This document shows, in pieces, positions 1 to 6,571 of a stretch of 7,043 nucleotides of DNA. The translations under genes were made by a program, and so were the position numbers. Under the pieces are notes generated by a model. That model saw only the letters and a program-made list of their open reading frames with translations, ran no database searches and was not told the origin of the DNA. The stretch comes from Octopus sinensis. Its lineage: Eukaryota. How positions within the stretch are numbered: the first letter of the stretch is position 1; each line of letters opens with the position of its first letter. Location of the stretch: contig NW_021828969.1 of assembly GCF_006345805.1 (NCBI RefSeq), positions 1 to 7,043 of the forward strand, in the 5' to 3' direction.

Positions 1-45
1 AGATTTGAACATTAGTCATGGCGGTCGAAATGAATTTTGGTGATA

Positions 46-190
46 GGTATGGTTATTTGGTGTAGAAGCTTACTTTGTATGTCCATGGTTTCGTGTTCAG
101 TTCAAGGTCGTAGCATTTTGGACACACTGATGCCCCAGGACGACCAACTCCTTGGAAGTGAATTTAATTGAAGGAAAATGTGAGGAATCC
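46..190 (+). mobile_element. Diverged 5' head of a tRNA-derived SINE (cephalopod-type)
   Basis: Degenerate A-box-like TGGTTATTTGG (50-60) and B-box-like TGTTCAGTTCA (94-104) at tRNA-like spacing. The run ggtatggttatttggtgtagaagcttact...catggtttcgtgttcagttc...gacgaccaactccttggaagtgaattt...ggaaaatgtgaggaatcc is collinear with the octopus SINE head as I recall it; not database-verified. Confidence 0.55.
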
Positions 191-394
191 CAGAGGATGA
201 AACATCAGACTACCAACAGCTTTATAAAGATTAATCATGGCTGTCCATAGAATTTTAAGCATACCGTTCTAGGCTCATTTGGCTAAAATGTGTAATTTTC
301 AACAGCACAATTATATTGGCGTACAAACACACACATGCACATAAACATACACACATATACTCACATGCATGAATACAGCATCTTATACGTAATT

Positions 395-402
395 ATATAT
401 AC

Positions 403-480
<78 letters not shown>

Positions 481-710
481 GTGTCTGTGTATTTAGATGT
501 ATGTGTGTCTATGTGTGTTAGTGCATGTTTGTGTGTGCGTTGTATAAAGTTTGGAGGACAGGAAAAGAAAGTTCAACAGAATCGCTTAGAAAATTCACAA
601 AATATTCCACACACGCACATACACATACACATATACTCGTACGTATACACTCACACACGCAGATATATATATGCGTGTGTGTGTGTGTGTCTGTGTGTGT
701 ATGTTTAAAA
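395..710. repeat. Compound microsatellite: (TA)n, (TG)n, degenerate (CA)n, then (TA)/(TG) again
   Basis: Directly visible: (TA)n ~395-443, (TG)n 444-470, CA-rich 608-660, TA/TG 662-705. Confidence 0.95.
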
Positions 711-818
711 GTAAATGATATTTTCTTCGTATTTATTATGTTTCATTATCGTTTTCAATACACTTAAATACGATAAGCATATTTATCGCAATCATTAACA
801 TCCGCGTCACTATCGACG

Positions 819-950
819 TCATCATCATCATCACTATCATCAGTATGATCATCACCATCATGATCATCATTATCATATATATATATATATACATACATAC
901 AAGAACACAAACACATGCACTTACACAAATACACACGCGCACATATGCAT
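819..950. repeat. Degenerate (ATC)n followed by (TA)n and (CA)/(TACA) tract
   Basis: gtcatcatcatcatcactatcatcagtatgatcatcaccatcatgatcatcattatcat, then tatatatata and acatacatac. Confidence 0.9.
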
Positions 951-1074
951 ATATGGATTGAATGATCACATAAATGGTCGTTGATTATACGCAGCAATAG
1001 TTATATATTATGCTTTCAACTGTTAGCCTGTTAATATGGTGTTCTGTGAAAAAGTGTGTATATACCAACGTGAC

Positions 1075-1245
1075 ACACTTAGATACATAGACACATCTAT
1101 ACATACTTACATGCACACATTCACATATACATGCATACATTCCATCATACGTGCATACATACGTTCACACATACATATACACAAACATGCGCACATACTT
1201 ACATCCATAGATACATGCATGCATACATATATATATACATATATT
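1075..1245. repeat. Degenerate (TACA)n/(CA)n microsatellite
   Basis: Repeated acat/atac/acac units throughout. Confidence 0.85.
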
Positions 1246-1316
1246 TCATAACACAGAAATGTAGCTAAAAAAATTAAATTTCCATAAAATTGGTATATAT
1301 ATATATATGTACATAT

Positions 1317-1486
1317 GGTGGTGTGTTTACGTCCCTGTAACTTAACGGTTCGGCAAAATAGACCGATAGAATAGGTACTAGTCTTACAAAGAAAAGTCCT
1401 GGGGAACGATTTGATTAGCCTAAAGGCGGTGCTCCAGCATGGCCGCAGTCAAATGACTGAAACAAGTAAAAGAAAGAAAAAGAAGA
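1317..1486 (+). mobile_element. SINE body and 3' tail, 5'-truncated (octopus OR-type SINE-like), with (AAAG)-rich tail
   Basis: ggtgtgtttacgtccc...ggttcggcaaaa...taaaggcggtgctccagcatggccgcagtcaaatgactgaaacaagtaaaaga followed by an A/G tail. A second, inverted copy lies at 4536-4738 (27/30 identity between 1423-1452 and the reverse complement of 4551-4580). Terminal stem-loop cagtc-aaat-gactg at 1446-1459. The family name is from recall. Confidence 0.85.
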
Positions 1487-1500
1487 ATATATATGTATAT

Positions 1501-1700
1501 AGTAGTAACAGAAAGGAGGAATTTCGATTATTGCAACGTGGTGAGTTGTAATGTATATAAGAAATTAAAAACCTAGTTTTAATATAATTTTTAATATATC
1601 GGCAGGTTTCGCTTTCGCTACTCATGATATTATAGTTTACTTTTTTGAATATGTATTTTCTTAAGAAGAAATTTTGCACATGTTGAGTGTGATGATAGTA
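1501..1700 (-). mobile_element. Putative Penelope-like terminal-repeat relic next to a TA-rich tract
   Basis: Carries a decayed hammerhead-like motif (1596-1630) about 100 nt from the TA-rich tract at 1487-1500, the same layout as 3977-4159 and 6318-6530. Right boundary uncertain. Confidence 0.35.
1596..1630 (-). ncRNA. Degenerate minimal hammerhead-like motif
   Basis: Minus strand AUAUC-AUGAG-UA-GC(GAAA)GC-GAAA-CCUGCC-GAUAU. It has a 5-bp stem I (AUAUC/GAUAU), a GNRA-capped stem II and GAAA. The core lacks CUG of CUGAUGA and there is no proper stem III or UH triplet. Confidence 0.4.
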
Positions 1701-2059
1701 GAAAAATAAGGGGAAGTAATTGTTTATCATTATTATTGTTATTGTTGTGGGCAAGGGATATAACTGTTCAGCTTGCGGTAAGGGGAGGTGAATATGTAGA
1801 GTGATGTAATCGTGAATTGAAATATGTAAAACGATAAAAGTTGGTTATGCGTGCATATTAAAACGTTGTGTATTTTTCAATGAAAAAGTTTATTTAAACG
1901 TTCTTGTGGAGAGATTGTGTTTTTACACTGGTAGAAGGGGAAGACTGAGGAATTTAGTTTGATGTTATCTGCACATTTTTCTATATGTCCACTGAGCATT
2001 CTATACACATACAAGTATACAGGTAGGTGCTCATATTCTAAGAATCTCTATATTTGCGT

Positions 2060-2230
2060 ATACGTGTGTGTATATATATATATATATATGTATATGTATG
2101 TATATATATATATAAGATATATATATATATATGTGTGTGTGTATGTATGTGTGTGTGTTTGCGTGTGTATGTATGTATATGTATATATATATACACATGT
2201 ATGTATGTATGTATGTATGTATGTATGTAT
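2060..2230. repeat. Compound (TA)n/(TG)n/(TATG)n microsatellite
   Basis: Directly visible. Confidence 0.95.
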
Positions 2231-2301
2231 AACTGTGTGAATACCAAAATGAGGTCTTTTATTTGATTTATATCCGAAGCTTTGATCTGTTGATAATACA
2301 T

Positions 2302-2376
2302 TTCTCTCTGTGACCCACATTCTCTGTCTCTCTGTCTGTCTCCCTCTCTCCCTCTCCCTTTCTCTCTCTCTCTCTC
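2302..2376. repeat. (CT)n/(CTGT)n pyrimidine tract
   Basis: tctctctgtg...tctctgtctctctgtctgtctccctctctccctctccctttctctctctctctctc. Confidence 0.9.
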
Positions 2377-2544
2377 ATCCTCGTATATATAAAAATTCCG
2401 TCATCATTTTTGGAACAACCTGCACCCCCAACCCTCCGTTCTTTAGATGCCCAAATTTTTAACGAGGAATCGATGTACTTTTGAATCCGTGTCAATCAGT
2501 AAACGTTGTCTACTCTCACACATGGAATTTCCTTGTCGGCACAC

Positions 2545-2585
2545 TTCAGAGACATCCCAGAGATGTTCGATTTTATCAGAAATAA
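2545..2585 (-). pseudogene. Possible Tc1/mariner transposase fragment
   Basis: 2571-2551 translates to IEHLWDV within ISDKIEHLWDVSE, resembling the Tc1 catalytic motif SPDLNPIEHLWDxLE. Flanking residues do not clearly continue the homology. Confidence 0.3.
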
Positions 2586-2743
2586 ACATGGAGCGTTGAG
2601 AGGAGGGACGATGGAGCAATCGAGAAAAATCAAAGTATCCGATTGTGATACCAATTGAATGACAATTGTAAATCAATTTTCTAGTATTTCGATATTTATA
2701 TTTTAAATAGCCTCATACCTCTCCTCTCTTACTGCTTTTCTTC

Positions 2744-2766
2744 CATCCTTCCTTCCTTCCTTCCTT
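2744..2766. repeat. (CCTT)n
   Basis: tccttccttccttccttcctttt. Confidence 0.85.
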
Positions 2767-3197
2767 TTAGAATCTTCACAAAATATTCACCAAAGATAAT
2801 TTCCCTCATTCGTTATTTTCATAATTCCATTTTTTTTTTCTCAATAGCTTCTAATGAGACGTGTAATGTTAAAAGACAAATAAGTGTACAGGATGCCAAC
2901 AAACGAAATTGAACGAAGACGAACACGAAGTTGAGAACATAGAGAAGAGGCGATACGTAAAGGAAATCTAGCGCAATTGATTTTTAAGTAGGAAAATTAT
3001 TGTAGAATATGGTTAAAGAGATACAGGTCAGACAGATAATGAATTCTATTTAATAGACTTCACACCTGATGCTGTACTAATGTGTGTGATACGCTTCGGT
3101 GTGTGGGGTACGTGGCAAGAACTTTATATTAGTAATTTCCTTTCGAACCTAATTGCATCTAATGAGATGAATTGAAGTTGACCTACATGTTGCGAAT

Positions 3198-3238
3198 GGT
3201 GGTAGTAGTGGTGGTGGTGGTGGTGGTGGTGGTGGTGG
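3198..3238. repeat. (GGT)n microsatellite
   Basis: ggtggtagtagtggtggtggtggtggtggtggtggtggtgg. Confidence 0.95.
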
Positions 3239-3252
3239 CGGTAGGGACACGG

Positions 3253-3279
3253 GAATCTTTCGAAGCTTTCCTCAGATTC
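3253..3279 (-). ncRNA. Hammerhead-like core lacking stem III
   Basis: Minus strand GAAU-CUGAGGA-AAGCUU-C-GAAA-G-AUUC. Both conserved core strings (CUGANGA and GAAA) are exact and are flanked by complementary GAAU/AUUC, but there is no stem III or UH site. Confidence 0.35.
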
Positions 3280-3310
3280 TCACTTCCATTCAAACCTTCT
3301 TCCTCACGAT

Positions 3311-3400
3311 TTCCTTTCTTCTTTTCTTTCTTCTTTCCTTTCTTTCTTTCCTTCTTTCTTCCTTTCTTTCGCTCTCCCACATTTCCCCCCTCTCTCTCTC
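3311..3400. repeat. (CTTT)n/(CT)n polypyrimidine tract
   Basis: ttcctttcttcttttctttcttctttcctttctttctttccttctttctt...ctctctctc. Confidence 0.9.
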
Positions 3401-3696
3401 GCACTTTCCTCTACTCATGTCTTTCTCATAATTACGAATTTTTTTTCTCTCTCTTCTGTTCTGATTTTGTACACGTGCTTTGTAAATCCGAATGTGTATA
3501 TGTATAAACAAATATAAATGTTTCTATTTATGTATATATGTGCCTGTATATGATTACCTATGTATATGAGTATGTAACATACGCACAGGACAGCCTACAC
3601 AACGATTGTATTGAGTTCTCCTTTGAGTACAGCTGGAAGCAACAAATACTCTCTGTTTTCTCCTCTGTATTATATTATATAATATATATATATATA

Positions 3697-3848
3697 TGGG
3701 GCTGGCCAGACTGGAGCATTCTCGAGTAAAACCAGCCCAAATTGCAAATATAATCTGGAACTTGACTGAGAAAGAAAACTCGAATGACTCGACCTTGTTT
3801 TCTTTGAATCGACTGACTGGATGTTTCTGTTGTCCATTTTTGTATTTT

Positions 3849-3850
<2 letters not shown>
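3697..3850 (+). mobile_element. Short (TA)n-embedded interspersed repeat, putatively Penelope-like terminal repeat
   Basis: Non-microsatellite block bounded by (TA)n on both sides (3681-3696 and 3852-3912). Its 3' end recurs inverted at 3913-3945, showing it is repetitive. Confidence 0.5.
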
Positions 3851-3919
<69 letters not shown>

Positions 3920-3943
3920 CAAAAATGGGACAGACGCAAACAT

Positions 3944-3945
<2 letters not shown>
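3819..3945. repeat. Imperfect inverted repeat with (TA)n centre
   Basis: Left arm ggatgtttctgttgtccatttttgtattttta (3819-3850). Right arm reverse complement ggatgtttgcgtctgtcccatttttgcatttta (3913-3945). The spacer is about 61 nt of (TA)n. Confidence 0.85.

Positions 3946-3976
<31 letters not shown>
3946..3976. repeat. (TA)n
   Basis: Directly visible. Confidence 0.95.
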
Positions 3977-3980
<4 letters not shown>

Positions 3981-4159
3981 TAAAAACGGTATGATAACGA
4001 AAGAAAGAAAGAAACCTCAATATTATGTAAATAGAGGAATTGATCTGTAAAAATATGCCAATTTATCTGTAAAGAAAAAGCGAAGATAAACTCTGAGTTT
4101 CGGATGCCGAGGTGGAAATCCACATCTCTTCGTTTATCTAGGGGATGGTGGCGTGGATC
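3977..4159 (-). mobile_element. Short hammerhead-bearing element, putative Penelope-like terminal repeat
   Basis: Bounded by (TA)n on the left and (TTA)n on the right. Contains the hammerhead-like motif at 4084-4139 and an internal near-duplication aattgatctgtaaa (4038-4051) / aatttatctgtaaa (4060-4073). Confidence 0.55.
4084..4139 (-). ncRNA. Degenerate type-I hammerhead ribozyme motif
   Basis: Minus strand AGAUA-A-ACGAAGA-GAUGUGGAUUUCCACCUCGGCAUC-C-GAAA-CUC-A-GAG-U-U-UAUCU. Stem I is AGAUA/UAUCU, stem II includes GAUG/CAUC or GUGG/CCAC, and stem III is the near-palindrome ACUCAGAGU, ending in a GUU triplet. The core is mutated (ACGAAGA instead of CUGANGA). Confidence 0.55.
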
Positions 4160-4190
4160 ATTATTATTATTATCATCATTATTATTGTTG

Positions 4191-4274
<84 letters not shown>
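4160..4274. repeat. (TTA)n/(TCA)n tract, likely the tail and/or target of the adjacent LINE end
   Basis: Directly visible; abuts 4275 (minus strand ...aaacataga-ataataata). Confidence 0.95.
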
Positions 4275-4275
<1 letters not shown>

Positions 4276-4440
4276 TATGTTTGACTTTTGCTTTATACTT
4301 GTACAAGTTGTCTCCAAGTCTCATCCAGAGACCTCAAGAGACAACAAGTTGGAAGTTCGTGTTGGTGTTATGCCTAGGGTACCATATATTTGGTTTTGTA
4401 CTTAGTGTTGTACTAGTGAATGTTTAAGAAACAATAAGAA
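4275..4440 (-). mobile_element. 3' UTR end of a non-LTR retrotransposon ending in (AAT)n
   Basis: The minus strand ends ...cttgaggtctctggatgagacttggagacaacttgtacaagtataaagcaaaagtcaaacataga(ATA)n and contains a nested stem-loop at 4307-4345. It matches my recollection of an octopus LINE 3' UTR; not verified. Confidence 0.55.
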
Positions 4441-4535
4441 AAATATGTTCGTATTAAAACTTGAGATTACATAGAAATTATTTTGCATAGGATATGAGCA
4501 GTTCCCACGAACACTATCTTTGGAATTTCTGCCAT

Positions 4536-4738
4536 TTTTGCTTCCTCATTTTGACTGTGGCCATTCTGGGGCACCGCCTTGAAGAATTTTAGTCGAACGA
4601 ATCGATCCAAGTACCTAGTTTTTTAAAGACATACTTATTCTCTTTTCGCCGGACCGCTAAGTAACATAGCCTTAAACACACAAATATCGGTTGTCAAGTG
4701 GTCAATGTGGACAAACACAGACAAAAAGTATAAACACA
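4536..4738 (-). mobile_element. Older, more diverged copy of the same SINE as 1317-1486
   Basis: Reverse complement of 4551-4580 is aaggcggtgccccagaatggccacagtcaa versus aaggcggtgctccagcatggccgcagtcaa at 1423-1452. Also cttagcggtccggcgaaaagag..aataagta versus cttaacggttcggcaaaatag..aataggta. It extends further 5' (ttgacaaccgat, tgtgtttgtcc). Confidence 0.85.
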
Positions 4739-4759
4739 CAACAGAAGCCCCATATCTAG

Positions 4760-4777
4760 AGAAAGAGAGAGAGCGAA

Positions 4778-4808
<31 letters not shown>
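4760..4808. repeat. (GA)n/(GACA)n
   Basis: gaaagagagagagcgaaagagagagagagagagagacagacagacagag. Confidence 0.9.
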
Positions 4809-5009
4809 GTTGGGTGGGGACGAACCATGAAGCCCATATAAACGTATTCGACGCAATTCCGCGAATAATTGGAAGTTTTTTCTGTTAGACGACGACTACA
4901 ATTGAACAACTGGTTCTGTCCTTACAAAGATGTTCACGCAACAAAAGCTAATCGATCAAGCATCTTAGAAACAACTATTTGAATGTCAGTTACTCAGGGG
5001 AAACTTAAA

Positions 5010-5123
5010 TATAATAACAATAATAATAATAATAATAATAATATAATAATAATAATAAATAATAATAATAGATGATAATAATAATGATAATAATAATAAT
5101 AAATATAATAATAATAAATTATA

Positions 5124-5174
<51 letters not shown>

Positions 5175-5264
5175 GTATATAATAATGGTTATAACAATAA
5201 TAATAATAATGGTAATAATAATAATGGTCATAATAACAATAATAATAATAATATAATAATAATA

Positions 5265-5300
<36 letters not shown>

Positions 5301-5309
5301 TAATAATAA
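5010..5309. repeat. Long degenerate (AAT)n microsatellite, ~300 bp
   Basis: Directly visible, with ggt and gat interruptions. Confidence 0.95.
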
Positions 5310-5394
5310 CTACAACAAATCACAACACAACACCCAAGGCACACAGAGCTGCGCTCGTATGAAGTGAAAGCACGCTATAAAAAAAAAACTACTG
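5310..5394 (+). mobile_element. Severely 5'-truncated LINE-like 3' end inside (AAT)n
   Basis: An 85-nt unique island (...cacccaaggcacacagagctgcgctcgtatgaagtgaaagcacgctataaaaaaaaaactactg) flanked on both sides by (AAT)n. It resembles a recalled octopus LINE terminus. Confidence 0.5.
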
Positions 5395-5465
5395 AATAAT
5401 AATAATAATAATAAATAATAATAATAATAATAATAAATAACAATCAATCAATCAATCAATAATAA
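5395..5465. repeat. (AAT)n/(AAAT)/(CAAT)n tail
   Basis: Directly visible. Confidence 0.9.
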
Positions 5466-6018
5466 AAACAGGGTAATAGACGTAGTGGTTTTTATAACTG
5501 TGTGACGCATTGTTTAACAAATACTGGGCTATTATTTACTACACCCTGCGGCTATCATGTATTTAATATTTCTTCTTTTGTAGTGGTTAAGTGATATTTT
5601 CAATATCTTACAATGCGAGACCCGTTTCATTTGCTTTCTTATAATGGCGCGTCCTAACTTTTTGGAGTACATTCTTAAATATAGTTTATTTTCAGAACTA
5701 AAATACGCACACATCGCTGTGAGAATAGACATTCGGTTTGCAAATTACTGCAAAGCAAACCATTACAAAAAGCAATATTCTATAGACATAAATGGTATAA
5801 AGAATTCACCCATTGCTTGGCAAACAATGAGTGACGCCATTACTAACGGCACTCCTCCGAATTCCGAGGCATTTCTCTTTCGTTTACCATCAACACCGAC
5901 ATAAAACCGTTATTTTCTTGACAATGATGGATATCGTTTTACTATTACACTTTTGAAAAATCTAGAAAAGAATTGAAACCAGTCTACACCTGCTGTATCA
6001 AAATTTTATCAAAATTTC

Positions 6019-6020
6019 AT

Positions 6021-6051
<31 letters not shown>

Positions 6052-6105
6052 CATATATACACAAGCACTAATGAATGTATATATATATACATATGAATGT
6101 CGGAG

Positions 6106-6140
<35 letters not shown>

Positions 6141-6317
6141 TTATATATATTATGAATGTCTGGAGATACATTGGCCTCTGTGAATACATACATACACACA
6201 AAAAAACATACGTATATATATATATACATGCACACAACATATATATATATATATATATGTATATGTATAATATATATATATATATTATATATCTATCTAT
6301 CTATCTATATATATATA
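6019..6317. repeat. Compound (CA)n/(TA)n/(CTAT)n microsatellite with an internal 20-21 nt duplication
   Basis: Directly visible; tatgaatgtc(t)ggagatacat at 6092-6111 and 6151-6171. Confidence 0.9.
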
Positions 6318-6530
6318 GTTGGTTAATCCAAACAAGACACACAAAAAAACACAGCAACGCGAGGACGTGGAACAAATAAGGTATTATTAGACGCTCAGGA
6401 AAGAAGGGAAGGAGGAGGGTTTAACGTTTCGAGCGGAGCTCTTCGTCGGAAACAAAGGAGAAGGAAAGATCCCGAGAAGGGAGGACAGAGGAAAAACTTG
6501 CTGGCGGTGCCACGAGGGTCACATGTGAAG
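6318..6530 (-). mobile_element. (TA)n-embedded ~210 bp hammerhead-bearing element, putative non-autonomous Penelope-like terminal repeat
   Basis: (TA)n on both sides (to 6317 and from 6531). The minus strand is pyrimidine-rich and contains the near-canonical hammerhead at 6419-6453. Confidence 0.65.
6419..6453 (-). ncRNA. Minimal type-I hammerhead ribozyme, dimer type, with a U4C substitution
   Basis: Minus strand GUUU-CCGACGA-A-GAGC(UCC)GCUC-GAA-ACGU-U^AAAC. Stem I is GUUU/AAAC, the C3-G8 pair is intact, stem II is 4 bp, GAAA is exact, stem III is the palindrome ACGU, and the GUU cleavage triplet puts the predicted cut between 6423 and 6422. Confidence 0.7.
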
Positions 6531-6567
<37 letters not shown>

Positions 6568-6571
6568 ATAA
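6531..6571. repeat. (TA)n
   Basis: Directly visible. Confidence 0.95.

Noticed and set aside
836-845. CUGAUGA on the minus strand
   Set aside because: It lies inside the (ATC)n repeat with no GAAA or stems; expected by chance.
46-1486. SINE head (46-190) and SINE tail (1317-1486) as one element split by insertions
   Set aside because: More than 1.1 kb of mixed sequence separates them, the head looks far more diverged than the tail, and no shared target-site duplication is visible.
1944-1952. CTGAGGA on the plus strand
   Set aside because: No downstream stem II and GAAA.
3697-3800. Plus-strand hammerhead-like fragments (ctgagaaagaaaactcgaat; ccaga...tctgg stem)
   Set aside because: No complete CUGANGA/GAAA pair with consistent stems; too degenerate to call.
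4744-4839. Imperfect direct repeat gaagccc(c)atat flanking the (GA)n tract as a possible target-site duplication
   Set aside because: Only 11-12 nt, and no recognisable element lies between the copies.
5346-5356. GAGC-TGC-GCTC hairpin resembling stem II of the 6419-6453 hammerhead
   Set aside because: No flanking hammerhead core; probably coincidence or a separate 3' UTR hairpin.
5503-5836. Two TGACG half-CRE sites as a regulatory module
   Set aside because: 5-mers are expected by chance; there is no promoter context.
445-6379. The many ORFs rich in YI, CV, HT, poly-I, poly-N, poly-V or poly-L
   Set aside because: They are translations of microsatellites that lack stop codons in some frames; no domain content.
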